Source: Betaproteobacteria bacterium
GTDB taxonomy: Bacteria > Bacillota > SHA-98 > UBA4971
Direction of reading: 5' to 3'
Assembly: GCA_050260395.1 (NCBI GenBank)
Contig: JBLNCC010000058.1
Coordinates: 3,466-67,465 of the forward strand
Length of the DNA: 64,000 nucleotides
Shown here: one piece after another, positions 9,063-18,648 of the stretch
How positions within the stretch are numbered: position 1 is the stretch's first letter
Layout: every line of letters begins with the position of its first letter
The notes under the pieces: generated by a model
What the model was told of the DNA's origin: nothing
The model's database searches: none
The model's input: the letters and a program-made list of their open reading frames with translations, nothing else
Position numbers and translations under genes: made by a program

Positions 9063-9223
9063 CGGCATGGGCATTTCCGGCCGTGTCGTGCCCCGACGCG
9101 CGTGCGGCCGATTCGCCTCGGCGCGCCCTCGCTCTCGACCGACGCATCTTGACCCGCGCGGGATACCTGCGATGCAGGCGCGGACGAGCCCGATGTGAGT
9201 GAAAATCCCAGGAGGAGTGCTTC

Positions 9224-12200
9224 TTGAACAGCTTTCTCTCAGTGCTCCGGGAGTCTCCCGAGTTCGCGAATATCGCATCCGGCCTCGAGAGAATGGCCCC
9301 GTCCCAGGTGGTTTTGGGGCTCGGTGGGTCGATGAAGAGCTACGTCCTCGCTGCCCTGTACCGGGCTGTGCCCGGGCGCCCGTTCATCGTGGTGACGTAC
9401 AGCCCGCAGCAGGCCGGGAGGCTTGGGGAAGACCTCGCCACGCTGCTTTCTCCGGGGGAAGTGTTGAGCTTTCCCGCGCTCGAGCTGTGGCCCCACGAGG
9501 AGGCCGCAGAGAGCGCCGACGTGCTTTTCCAAAGGCTCGCCGTCAAGGCGTGCCTTGCTAGAGGCAGGCGGGCTCTGGTGATAGTCCCCGCGAGGGCCTT
9601 TGCGAGAAGGCTCGTCCCGGCGGAAGTGTTCTCGGAGTTCTTGCTGACCTTCAAGGCCGGCGAAAGACACGACAGGGATTATCTCGTTACACGTTTCGCC
9701 GCGATGGGTTACGAGAGGGCGGAGCTTGTGGAAAGGCGCGGGCAGTTTTCCGCAAGGGGCGACATCCTCGATGTCTTCCCCCCCGATGCCGAGTCGCCGT
9801 TGCGAATCGAGTTCTTCGACGACGAGATCGACTCGATAAGGGAGTTCGACCCGGCGACCCAGCGCTCGAGCCGCGAAGTGGACCACGCGAGCCTTGCGCC
9901 GGCTCGGGAGTTTCTGGTCTCGCAAGACGCCCACGAGGCGGGCCTGGCCCGCATCGAGGCCCAAGCCGCCGCGCAGTGTAAACGACTCGAGGGGCTCGGG
10001 CGCGCGACCGAGGCCAGGTCGCTCCGCGACCGGACCGATTCCGCTCTGGAAAAGCTCCGTCAGGGTTTCATGTTTGACGGCGACGACCAGTACGCTCCAG
10101 CGTTCTACGCGCAACTCAGCACGATTCTGGACTACGCCGCCGACCCGGTCGTCGTCGTGGATGAACCCGCGCGTCTCAGGGAGGCGTTTCTCGGCTTCGA
10201 AGCCGAGGTGCGCGAGGCGTATGCCACGCTCCTCGAGGCCGGAAGGGTGCTTCCGATGGAGGCCTCGCTCTTTGCCTCCGCCGAGGAGGCCATGGCATGC
10301 CTCGGCCGCTACCAGCGGTTGGAATTCGTGCTCCTGGCCCGGGGCGCGGATCTCGGCAACACCGACCGCGTCAGGCCGTTTTCTGCAAAGCCCGCGAGCC
10401 CCTACCATGGCAAGTTCGACTTGCTCGTGAAGGACCTCAAAGCCTGGCGCAGGAAAAAGCACCGGGTGGTCGTGGTCGTGAGCACCGAAGACCGCGCCCG
10501 GAGGTTCCGCGAAGTCATGGTGGAGAACGGCATCGAGGCCGCCTGCGTGCCGTCCATCACTGATGAGGTCAAGCCAGGGAACGTCATTGTGAGTGTTGGT
10601 TCCCTCGAGAGCGGTTTCGAATTCCCGTCACTGCGACTCGTGGTGCTCACCGACGCCGAGCTCTACGGGGCGGAGAGGCGCAAGCGCAGGCTCACGCAGG
10701 CTCAAAGCGCCGGATCGCGGCTCGCTGCGTTCACGGACCTCAGGCCGGGCGACTACGTAGTGCACGTGGCGCACGGCATAGGGAGGTACATGGGCATCAA
10801 GACGCTCGAGGCCGCCGGTGCGAAGCGTGATTACCTGCTGATCCAGTACGCCGGCGAGGACAGGCTGTACGTGCCCACGGACCAAATCGGTCTTCTGCAA
10901 AAGTACATCGGTCCCGAGGACTCCCCGCCCAAGCTCTACAAGCTGGGCGGGACCGAATGGAGCAGGGTGAAGGCCAGGGTCAAAGAGTCCGTCCGCGATA
11001 TGGCCCGCGGGCTTCTCGAGCTCTACGCGGCGCGCGAGGCCATACGCGGGCACGCGTTCAGCCCGGACACGCCGTGGCAGAAAGAGTTCGAGGACGCGTT
11101 CCCTTACGAGGAGACCCCGGACCAACTGAGCGCGATCACCGAAGTGAAAGCCGACATGGAGAGGCCGAGGCCCATGGATCGGCTTCTCTGCGGAGACGTG
11201 GGGTACGGCAAGACTGAGGTAGCGATCCGGGCGGCCTTCAAGGCCGTCATGGACTCGAAGCAGGTAGCGGTGCTGGTGCCCACGACGATCCTGGCGCAAC
11301 AGCACTTCACCACCTTCAAGGATAGGTTCGCCGGTTACCCGGTCCGGATCGCCGCGCTATCGAGATTCCAATCCGAGGCGGAGCAGCGTGATATCCTGAA
11401 GGACTTGCGCAAGGGCGCGATAGACATAGTCATCGGCACACACAGGTTGCTTCAGCCCGACGTGAAATTCCGCGACCTCGGCCTCGTGGTGGTCGACGAG
11501 GAGCAAAGGTTCGGGGTCGCGCACAAAGAGTTTTTGAAGGAACTAAGAAAGACTGTGGACGTTCTTACATTAACGGCGACTCCAATTCCGAGGACGCTCC
11601 ACATGGCTCTCACCGGCGTCCGCGATATGAGCGTCATCGAAACGCCTCCCGAGGACAGGTTCCCCGTGCGGACCTACGTGATGGAGCACGACGATTCGGT
11701 GATCCGTGAGGCGATCGTGCGCGAGCTCGCCAGAGGCGGGCAGGTCTATTACGTGCACAACCGCGTGCAGACCATCGATTCCGCGGCGATGTTCCTCGCC
11801 CGGCTCGTTCCGGAGGCCAGGATCGGGGTGGCGCACGGTCAAATGCCCGAGGACAGGCTGGAGGAGGTCATGCTCAAATTCCTGGACCGCGAGTACGACG
11901 TGCTGGTAGCGACGACCATCATCGAGAACGGGCTCGACATACCCAACGTCAACACGCTCGTGGTGACCGACGCGGATATGCTGGGTCTCGCCCAGCTGTA
12001 CCAGCTGCGCGGCCGGGTGGGGCGGAGCAACCGCGTGGCGTACGCATACTTCATGTACCGTAGGGACAGCGTTCTTTCCGAGGTCGCGGAGAAGAGGCTC
12101 TCGGCGATCCGCGAGTTCACAGACTTCGGGTCGGGCTTCAAGATCGCCATGCGCGACCTCGAGATCAGGGGCGCCGGCAACCTCCTCGGTGCCGAGCAGC

Positions 12201-12829
12201 ACGGCCACATTGCGGCTGTGGGATTCGAGCTATACTCGCGTCTCGTGGAGGAGGCCGTGAAGGAGCTGCGCGGCACCGCGGCGGTCGAGGAGGAAAAGAC
12301 TGAGCCCGTCATCGACTTGGGTGTGAGCGCCTTCATCGGGGACGACTACATCGCCGACTCCAGGCTGAAGATCGAGATGTACAAGAAGATCAACGCTGCC
12401 TCGACTGTTGAGGACGTCTGCGACCTCGAGGAAGAGATCGAAGACAGATTCGGTCCGGCGCCGGAGCCGTGCCGGAACCTCCTTGCCATCGCGCGCATCC
12501 GTGCCATTGCGAAGAACATCGGGGTGGCCCAGGTGGCGTCCGAACGCGACCAGGTGGTCGTGAAGCTGCTTCCCACGGCGAGAGTGTCGCAGGACCAGGT
12601 CATGGAGGCCGTCAGGGCGAACAGGGGCAGGGTGTACGCGAACTTCGGAAAGAGCCCTTCCGTGCGAATCAGGCGTGCCGGCCTGTCTGACGAGGACCTT
12701 CTGCGTTTGATCGAGGACACGCTCTACCGTGTCCGGGAGCGGCCGCCTCAGGCGCGGCTCGGCCGGGACCAAGGGATGCGGGGTCTTTCCAGTGGTCGCC
12801 GGGCAGGCAGCGCCACGTCCATCGGGTAG
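9224..12829 (+). CDS. mfd: Transcription-repair coupling factor
   Basis: About 1200 aa. CarD/TRCF motif 'GDYVVHVAHGIGRY', helicase motifs 'GDVGYGKTEVA', 'VVDEEQRFGV', 'TATPIPRT' and 'QLRGRVGRS'. GGAGGAG sits 6 nt before the TTG. Confidence 0.95.
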   Translation: MNSFLSVLRESPEFANIASGLERMAPSQVVLGLGGSMKSYVLAALYRAVPGRPFIVVTYSPQQAGRLGEDLATLLSPGEVLSFPALELWPHEEAAESADVLFQRLAVKACLARGRRALVIVPARAFARRLVPAEVFSEFLLTFKAGERHDRDYLVTRFAAMGYERAELVERRGQFSARGDILDVFPPDAESPLRIEFFDDEIDSIREFDPATQRSSREVDHASLAPAREFLVSQDAHEAGLARIEAQAAAQCKRLEGLGRATEARSLRDRTDSALEKLRQGFMFDGDDQYAPAFYAQLSTILDYAADPVVVVDEPARLREAFLGFEAEVREAYATLLEAGRVLPMEASLFASAEEAMACLGRYQRLEFVLLARGADLGNTDRVRPFSAKPASPYHGKFDLLVKDLKAWRRKKHRVVVVVSTEDRARRFREVMVENGIEAACVPSITDEVKPGNVIVSVGSLESGFEFPSLRLVVLTDAELYGAERRKRRLTQAQSAGSRLAAFTDLRPGDYVVHVAHGIGRYMGIKTLEAAGAKRDYLLIQYAGEDRLYVPTDQIGLLQKYIGPEDSPPKLYKLGGTEWSRVKARVKESVRDMARGLLELYAAREAIRGHAFSPDTPWQKEFEDAFPYEETPDQLSAITEVKADMERPRPMDRLLCGDVGYGKTEVAIRAAFKAVMDSKQVAVLVPTTILAQQHFTTFKDRFAGYPVRIAALSRFQSEAEQRDILKDLRKGAIDIVIGTHRLLQPDVKFRDLGLVVVDEEQRFGVAHKEFLKELRKTVDVLTLTATPIPRTLHMALTGVRDMSVIETPPEDRFPVRTYVMEHDDSVIREAIVRELARGGQVYYVHNRVQTIDSAAMFLARLVPEARIGVAHGQMPEDRLEEVMLKFLDREYDVLVATTIIENGLDIPNVNTLVVTDADMLGLAQLYQLRGRVGRSNRVAYAYFMYRRDSVLSEVAEKRLSAIREFTDFGSGFKIAMRDLEIRGAGNLLGAEQHGHIAAVGFELYSRLVEEAVKELRGTAAVEEEKTEPVIDLGVSAFIGDDYIADSRLKIEMYKKINAASTVEDVCDLEEEIEDRFGPAPEPCRNLLAIARIRAIAKNIGVAQVASERDQVVVKLLPTARVSQDQVMEAVRANRGRVYANFGKSPSVRIRRAGLSDEDLLRLIEDTLYRVRERPPQARLGRDQGMRGLSSGRRAGSATSIG

Positions 12830-13134
12830 CCGCCCGGCAACCGGCTGGCAACGGATGGCAGGGCGCGGGAGCCTCAGCCGGGTAGCTCTGCATGATTGTT
12901 GCGCAGTTGGATACCATATACTCTGCGAGACGGGGTTGGAAAGCGGAAGAGCCCAACGTCAGAGCCGCGTTTCAAGTAAGCCTCGCACCAAGCCGGACAC
13001 GGCGGTGTCGTGAGAGCGCTTGAGCGCCGAAAGCTTGACGGACGGGTGGCAAAACTGAATAAAAATGTCATAAAAGCAATAGGCTATCAATGAAGACAGG
13101 GCTGAACGAGATCTACTCGAGAGGAGGGACGACG

Positions 13135-13698
13135 GTGAAGGCTACGGGCATTGTGAGACGCATCGATGACCTTGGAAGGGTAGTCATCCCCAAGGAGATC
13201 AGAAGAACGCTGCGAATCCGCGAAGGCGACCCGCTCGAGATCTTCGTCGACCGCGAGGGAGAGGTCATCCTCAAGAAGTACTCGCCCATCGGAGAGCTCG
13301 GCGACTTCGCGAAAGAGTACGCGGATTCGTTGTATGAATCTACAGGACATATCGCGTGTATCGCCGACCGTGACGCCATCATCGCGGTGGCCGGGGGACC
13401 AAAGAAACAATTCATGGACAAGCGGGTGTCCCCGGCTGTCGAAAGGGCCATGGAGAGCCGCAAGTCGGTTATCATCAACGAGCCGGGAAAGCATGAGTAC
13501 TGCGAGACCTGTCCGGTGGTTGAGGATGCCAGAGACTGTAAGTTCTCTAGCCAAGTGATCGCGCCGATCATAGCGGAAGGCGACCCGATCGGAGCTGTGA
13601 TACTGTCCTCGATGGATCCCAATGTAAAGATGGGCGACCTCGAGTTGAAACTGGCTGAGACCGCCGCGGGATTCCTGGCCAAGCAAATGGAGCAGTAA
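13135..13698 (+). CDS. spoVT: Stage V sporulation protein T (AbrB-type regulator)
   Basis: 'KATGIVRRIDDLGRVVIPKEIRRTLRIREGDPLEIFVDREGEVILKKYSPIGELGDFAKEYA' is almost identical to the B. subtilis SpoVT N-terminus. GTG 13135 follows GAGGAGGG. Confidence 0.95.
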   Translation: MKATGIVRRIDDLGRVVIPKEIRRTLRIREGDPLEIFVDREGEVILKKYSPIGELGDFAKEYADSLYESTGHIACIADRDAIIAVAGGPKKQFMDKRVSPAVERAMESRKSVIINEPGKHEYCETCPVVEDARDCKFSSQVIAPIIAEGDPIGAVILSSMDPNVKMGDLELKLAETAAGFLAKQMEQ

Positions 13699-14224
13699 CC
13701 CGCCGAATGTTTCTTCGGGTGCCTCACCCGCCTTCCTCGTGAAGAAAGCCCGCGCGCGTTGGGGGATGGCCGTGCCGAGGTGCGTCGCGCCGGATGCGGG
13801 GCGTGCTGGGGGGCGGCGCGTAACGCGGGCCGTGGATGAGAGGCGTGAGGCAGCGGGGGCCGCCCGAAGGGGCGGCGTACCGACGGAAGCAGGCAGCGAG
13901 CCGTTTAGGCTGGCTGCCTGTTCGCGTCCACGGGACGGCGCGCGCCACCCGCTTCACTAGTTTCCCCTGGCAGGTCGTGCGGCGGCGCGCGTGTTGCCTG
14001 CGAGCCTGCGCTGTAGTACAATTGGCCTGTGCGTAAGAGGGCGGCTTCCGGGCTTCGTGCGGCGCGAGGGGCTCGAGGACCGCGGCGTGCGTTCGGCCGC
14101 CGGCGAGCGGCCTCCGGGCCTGCGGCCGGCTGGGGTGAGGGAAAGAAACGTGGCGCCCTGTGCGCGCTCCGACGCTGACGCGGAGGCGAGCGGGTGCGCA
14201 TTCGGGCATGTGAGGCATCGGTAG

Positions 14225-15949
14225 ATGACAAGGAAGTCTCTCGTCAAGGGGGCGGCGATCCTCGCCGCTGCGGGCTTGGCCAACAGGTTCCTGGGCGCGG
14301 TCTCCCGAATCGTCCTGCCCTCGCTCATAGGGGATGAGGGCGTCGGCTTGTACCAGATGGCTTATCCCGTTTACGGGGTGTTCCTGGTAGTCTCGACCGC
14401 GGGAGTCCCGGTGGCCGTATCCAAGCTTGTGGCGGAGCAAACGGCGAGAAATAACCCTGCGGGCGCCCTCAAGATCTTGAAGGTCGCCACGGCGATCCTC
14501 TTTTTGACCGGCGCGTTCTTCTCGGCAGCCCTCGCTCTAGGAGCGGGGCCGATCGCCAAGTACGTGGCCCGGGACGCCCGGGCGGCCCTTGCCATCATGG
14601 CTGTGTCGCCCGCAGTGCTTATCCTGTCGGTAACGTCGGCGTTCCGCGGGTACTTCCAGGGCATGCAGGAAATGGGGCCGAGCGCGCTCTCCCAGGTGAG
14701 CGAGCAGATCGTGCGGGTCTCCGCTATGATTGGCCTCGCATGGCTCCTCTTGCCGCGGGGGATCGAGTTCTCCGCGGCGGGGGCGAACCTGGGCGCGGTG
14801 CTCGGCGGGGCCGCGGGTTTCCTAGTGCTGCTCGTCGCCTATTTCAGGCTCCAGCACGTGCCCGGGTCATGGAGGGTGACGTGGGCCCAGGTCATGGCGG
14901 TCTTTGCCAAGATCGGCAGGGAGGGGGGCGGCGCGAGAGGACGTGGCAACGGCGGAAACCGGGACCGCTCCGCGGGTGAGGACGGCGCACAGAGAGGCGG
15001 GCCGCGGGACGCTGAGGATTACATGGGCTCCACGCTGGCGCTTGTCCGCCGCATCTTCGACCTGTCGCTGCCGGTGGTCCTCGCCGCGGCGATAATGCCG
15101 CTCATGCAGTTCCTCGATATAGCCATCGTGCCTATGCGCCTCGCTGCTGCGGGATTCTCGCCGGACGAGATCACAAAGCTTTTCGGGCGGCTCACGGGGA
15201 TGGCGCAACCCCTCATGTACTTTCCAACGCTTGTCACGGCGGCCGTGGCGGCGAGCGCTGTGCCGGCGATCTCTGAAGCCCTCGCGCGGCGCGACAGGAG
15301 CACCCTCTCGGCAAGAGCCGAGGAGGCCATCAGGCTTGGCTTCCTGTTCGCCTTGCCCTCCGCGGTGGGGCTTTTCATATTCGCCAAGGAGTTCTCGGTC
15401 ATGCTCAGATGGCCTGCGGAGGTGGCAGTTCCGCTGCGGGCCCTCGCGTTCGGCACCGTGTTCCTGGCGCTCCAGCAAGTCAGCTCCGGCATTTTACAGG
15501 GGCTCGGCGCGGTCACGGTGCCCGTGCGGAATCTCGCGAAGGGCGCTGTAGCAAAGCTGGTGGTGAGCCTCGTGCTCACCGGCATGCCGGCATACGGCAT
15601 TCGGGGCGCGGCCTTCGGCACCGTGGCCGCCTTCGCCGTGGCGGGGCTCCTTAACGTGGTAGCGCTGGTGCGGACGCTCGGTCTCAGCATTGATGTGATG
15701 AACACAGTGGTGAAGCCAGTTTTGGGCGTTGCGATGATGGCTTTGGCGGCAAGGGCCACGTACGCGGCGGTGTACGGAGCCGTCGCGAGCAACAGCCTTG
15801 GGGCGCTTGCCGCGATAGTGGCGGCGGTCGCCGTGTACGGGCTGGCGCTTCTCGTCACGGGAGTCGTCGGCTGGCACGAACTCGAGGTTTTCCCCGGCGG
15901 AGGCAGGATCGCGAGCGTCCTCGAACGGCTCGGGCTCCTGCGCCGTTGA
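14225..15949 (+). CDS. SpoVB/YabM-family MOP-superfamily flippase (polysaccharide/lipid II-type), with a Gly/Arg-rich insertion
   Basis: Multi-TM protein 'GAAILAAAGLANRFLGAVSRIVLPSLIGDEGVGLYQMAYPVY' in the position held by yabM after spoVT in Bacillus. Insert 'GREGGGARGRGNGGNRDRSAGEDGAQRGG'. Confidence 0.8.
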   Translation: MTRKSLVKGAAILAAAGLANRFLGAVSRIVLPSLIGDEGVGLYQMAYPVYGVFLVVSTAGVPVAVSKLVAEQTARNNPAGALKILKVATAILFLTGAFFSAALALGAGPIAKYVARDARAALAIMAVSPAVLILSVTSAFRGYFQGMQEMGPSALSQVSEQIVRVSAMIGLAWLLLPRGIEFSAAGANLGAVLGGAAGFLVLLVAYFRLQHVPGSWRVTWAQVMAVFAKIGREGGGARGRGNGGNRDRSAGEDGAQRGGPRDAEDYMGSTLALVRRIFDLSLPVVLAAAIMPLMQFLDIAIVPMRLAAAGFSPDEITKLFGRLTGMAQPLMYFPTLVTAAVAASAVPAISEALARRDRSTLSARAEEAIRLGFLFALPSAVGLFIFAKEFSVMLRWPAEVAVPLRALAFGTVFLALQQVSSGILQGLGAVTVPVRNLAKGAVAKLVVSLVLTGMPAYGIRGAAFGTVAAFAVAGLLNVVALVRTLGLSIDVMNTVVKPVLGVAMMALAARATYAAVYGAVASNSLGALAAIVAAVAVYGLALLVTGVVGWHELEVFPGGGRIASVLERLGLLRR

Positions 15950-15976
15950 GTATTGAGTTGTGAGAAGGTGCAAGAG

Positions 15977-16846
15977 ATGGCGACGAAACGCAGGGACAAC
16001 CAAACGAAAGCCGCGAACGACGCAAACGGCCGCTATTCGCTGGCCCCGCTCGTCGAGATCATGCGGCGGCTCCGGGGCGAAGGCGGGTGTCCCTGGGACC
16101 GCAAGCAGACCCACGAATCTCTCAGGAGCTACGTGGTAGAAGAAGCCTACGAAGTGGTCCAGGCCATAGACGACAACGACGATGGCGAGCTATGCGAGGA
16201 GCTCGGTGACCTGCTGCTCCAGGTGGCGTTCCACTCCCAGATCGCGAGCGAGGCCGGAAGGTTCGATGTAGGCGACGTCATCGAGGGAATCGTCAGCAAG
16301 CTCATCCGGCGTCACCCTCACGTGTTCGGCGATGTCGACGCGAGAGACAGCGAGACCGTCCTGCGCAATTGGGAGCGGATAAAGCAAAGAGAGAGGTCGG
16401 ACGAAGCCGGCGAACCGGCGTCGGTCCTCGACAACGTCGCGGGCGCCATGCCTGCCCTCATGAGGGCGTTGAAGGTCCAGGCGAAGGCGTCGAGGGTGGG
16501 CTTCGATTGGCCGGACGTCTCCGGGGCGATCGCAAAGGTCCGGGAAGAGATGCACGAGCTGGAGGAGGCGCGGGAGGCGGGAGACCAAGCGCGTATCGCC
16601 GAGGAGATCGGCGACGTGCTTTTCGCTTTCGTCAACGTGGCCAGGTTCCTCAAGGTGGACCCGGAGATCGCTCTCGGGCGGACGGTGGACAAGTTCATCG
16701 CGCGGTTCAAACATATCGAGGCGCGCGCTGGTGAGAATAACCGGCGCATGGAGGACATGACTCTCGACGAGATGGACTCGTTGTGGGAGGAAGCCAAGAG
16801 GGTGTCGGCGAGCGGCGAGGAGCAGCGCAGCGCAAAGAAGCCGTAG
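15977..16846 (+). CDS. mazG: Nucleoside triphosphate pyrophosphohydrolase MazG (tandem MazG domains; no N-terminal methylase domain)
   Basis: 'GGCPWDRKQTHESLRSYVVEEAYEV', 'ELGDLLLQVAFHSQIA', 'RRHPHVF' and second domain 'EEIGDVLFAFVNVARF'. Confidence 0.9.
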   Translation: MATKRRDNQTKAANDANGRYSLAPLVEIMRRLRGEGGCPWDRKQTHESLRSYVVEEAYEVVQAIDDNDDGELCEELGDLLLQVAFHSQIASEAGRFDVGDVIEGIVSKLIRRHPHVFGDVDARDSETVLRNWERIKQRERSDEAGEPASVLDNVAGAMPALMRALKVQAKASRVGFDWPDVSGAIAKVREEMHELEEAREAGDQARIAEEIGDVLFAFVNVARFLKVDPEIALGRTVDKFIARFKHIEARAGENNRRMEDMTLDEMDSLWEEAKRVSASGEEQRSAKKP

Positions 16847-16888
16847 GCGTCGCGGGTTCCCAACCACGCGGTTTGACGAAGAGGCTGT

Positions 16889-16924
16889 GACCTGCCTGGT
16901 TTGTCCACAGGCAGGTCTTTTTTT
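16889..16924 (+). terminator. Rho-independent terminator after mazG
   Basis: Perfect stem GACCTGCCTG/CAGGCAGGTC followed by TTTTTTT. Confidence 0.85.
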
Positions 16925-17068
16925 CTGGGGACTGGCATAACCATTCATCAGGAAGGGCCCGCGGCCGGGCTCGACGCCTTGCACAGGCACGGAGTGGACG
17001 CCGGGTGTGAGCTCGGGACGTTTCCCGATCATCTGGTTATGGGCAGGACGCATCCTCGGGGGTCACAC

Positions 17069-17266
17069 CTAAGTGGGGGTGCAAAAATGCTCCCGACTTT
17101 TGGGAGGGGTTGCCGGTGATTGCACGAGGGGTGTCAAAATCCGGCCACTGGCCCCGGGCCGGATTTTGGCGAAGCGCGCCCCGCTTGGGGCGCCGTCCCC
17201 GAGTACAACACCTGCGACCGAGCCACCGCCGGAAATGCGGCAATGACTTGCGCACCTTCACACGGG
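17069..17266 (+). repeat. Structured interspersed element, copy 3 (3' third diverged), immediately upstream of the yabP RBS
   Basis: cc-TA-AGTGGGGGTGCAAAAATGCTCCCGAC... matches the 5' 140 nt of the family consensus. The 3' end 'GCGCACCTTCACA' is degenerate and has no TA. Confidence 0.85.
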
Positions 17267-17277
17267 AGGGAAGAGGG

Positions 17278-17568
17278 ATGATTGACGAGAAGAGACGGAC
17301 AGCCATGTCGTCGCAGCACAGGGTGACGGTTACCGAACGCGAGACGATAGCGGTTGACGGCGTGAACAACGTGGAGAGTTTCGACGACCAGGAAGTCGTC
17401 CTCGAGACGACCGCGGGGATGTTGATGTTGCATGGGAGGGATTTCCACATCAAGCAACTCAACCTCGATGAAGGGAACCTGACCATCGAAGGGTATCTCG
17501 CAGGAATGGAGTATGCCGAGGAAGTCGGCAAGAAGGCTAGGAGTTTCTTGGGGCGGCTGCTGAAGTGA
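17278..17568 (+). CDS. yabP: Sporulation protein YabP
   Basis: 'HRVTVTERETIAVDGVNNVESFDDQEVVLETTAGMLMLHGRDFHIKQLNLDEGNLTIEG' is the YabP family pattern. GGGAGGG RBS. Confidence 0.9.
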   Translation: MIDEKRRTAMSSQHRVTVTERETIAVDGVNNVESFDDQEVVLETTAGMLMLHGRDFHIKQLNLDEGNLTIEGYLAGMEYAEEVGKKARSFLGRLLK

Positions 17569-17984
17569 TCGAGCCGGTCGAGTCGCAGGCGTTCACACTC
17601 CTGGTTACCATTCTAACGGGCGTCATCGTTGGCGTGTTCTTCGACCTTTACCGCGTCGCCAGGTCCGTGCTGGGGCTGGGCCCAGTCGCCACGGCTGCGG
17701 GCGATTTGTTGTTCTCGCTTTTCGCGACCACTGTCGCGTTCACGTTTCTCCTCGCCACCTGTTGGGGTGAAGTCAGGTTCTTCATGTTCCTTGGGTTCGG
17801 CGCGGGTTTCGCCGGGTACAGGGCGGTTCTGGGGCGGCGGGTGATAGGAGGCGCGGTGTCAGTGGTCGAAGGCTGCCGCCATGTGAGAAGGCGAGCAAGG
17901 CTGGGGCTTCGTGAAGCCTCTTTCAGGATGCGCCGGGCCGCTCGCGGCGTCTTCAGGCTTCCGCGTCCGCGATGGAGACGGTGA
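17565..17984 (+). CDS. yabQ: Spore cortex biosynthesis protein YabQ
   Basis: TM protein 'LLVTILTGVIVGVFFDLYRV...GDLLFSLFATTVAFTFLL' in the yabP-yabQ-divIC order. GTGA overlap with yabP. Confidence 0.8.
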   Translation: MIEPVESQAFTLLVTILTGVIVGVFFDLYRVARSVLGLGPVATAAGDLLFSLFATTVAFTFLLATCWGEVRFFMFLGFGAGFAGYRAVLGRRVIGGAVSVVEGCRHVRRRARLGLREASFRMRRAARGVFRLPRPRWRR

Positions 17985-18462
17985 GAAGGGATTCTCCGGG
18001 AAGACGTCGAATACCAAACAACAATCAGAAGAGGGCGCTGCAGTCCTCGAGGATCGGAGCACGGGGCCCGGGGGGTTGCAGAAAGCGAAGGTGGTTGCTC
18101 TGGCCGCGGGAGACAAGCCAAACCAATCGTCGTGGAAGCCGCTCAGGCGGGTGCTAGTCGGCCTGTTCATGTTCGGAATCGCGTTCCTGTACCTCAGGGG
18201 TTATCTCGAGCTCGTGCGGGTGAACTACCAAATCTCCGTGGTGCAGAAGGAGATTCAGGTCTGGGAAGCCAGGTGTGAGGAGCTGCGAAAGCAGATCGAA
18301 TACCTGTCCAGTGACGAGTACGTTGAGAAGGTAGCCCGCGAGGAGCTGGGTCTCGTAAAGCCGGGCGAGGTGCCGTTCATTGTCGCTCAGCCGCGCAACC
18401 CTGATTCGCCCCCCGCCGTCACAAAAAGACAGGGGGCCGACCCCGCCAGCATTCGCGACTAG
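17911..18462 (+). CDS. divIC: Septum formation initiator (DivIC/FtsB family); start codon uncertain
   Basis: A TM segment followed by the coiled coil 'VVQKEIQVWEARCEELRKQIEYLSSDEYVEKVAREELGLVKPGE'. The N-terminal 75 nt overlap yabQ. Confidence 0.8.
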   Translation: MKPLSGCAGPLAASSGFRVRDGDGEKGFSGKTSNTKQQSEEGAAVLEDRSTGPGGLQKAKVVALAAGDKPNQSSWKPLRRVLVGLFMFGIAFLYLRGYLELVRVNYQISVVQKEIQVWEARCEELRKQIEYLSSDEYVEKVAREELGLVKPGEVPFIVAQPRNPDSPPAVTKRQGADPASIRD

Positions 18463-18556
18463 CCCGGTCGCATTCCGTAGCCGGGCAGCGAAATCCTTGA
18501 TGCCGCGTCTCCCGGGCGTTTGGTTGAGCCGAAGGCCTGGCGGGCTTGGGTTTGGA

Positions 18557-18586
18557 TTGACACAACAGCGGCGTACGAAGTATAAT
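18557..18586 (+). promoter_or_regulatory. Consensus-like sigma-A promoter (TTGACA-18-TATAAT) for the S1-domain gene
   Basis: TTGACA 18557-18562 and TATAAT 18581-18586. Confidence 0.6.
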
Positions 18587-18648
18587 GAACTGAAATTCGG
18601 GCTTTGTTTTCTGCTGACCACGACCACATGAGGGGGAGTTCACCAGGT

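Noticed and set aside
9239-10462. Long antisense ORFs such as 9239-10462(-), 15019-15999(-), 26032-26961(-), 27518-28810(-), 52309-53349(-) and 60472-62715(-, 747 aa)
   Set aside because: Each lies opposite a strongly supported gene (mfd, the flippase, the 'SLGSSKRDH' protein with greA, lysS, serS, the C69 peptidase). Their translations are Arg/Pro/Gly/His-rich and low in complexity, without motifs. They are typical stop-poor shadow frames of GC-rich DNA.
12830-12890. Possible degenerate element fragment after the mfd stop ('CCGGCAACCGGCTGGCAACGGATGGCAGGGCG')
   Set aside because: The resemblance to the element's 'CCGGCAACCCGGCAACTACTGGAAATGGGGCAAGG' segment is partial. No TIR or hairpins are recognisable, so it is too weak to call without an HMM score.
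13040-13090. Sporulation sigma-G/F-type promoter for spoVT in the AT-rich patch 'CTGAATAAAAATGTCATAAAAGCAATAGGCTA'
   Set aside because: A GAATA -35-like word is present, but I could not place a convincing CATxxTA -10 at the right spacing.
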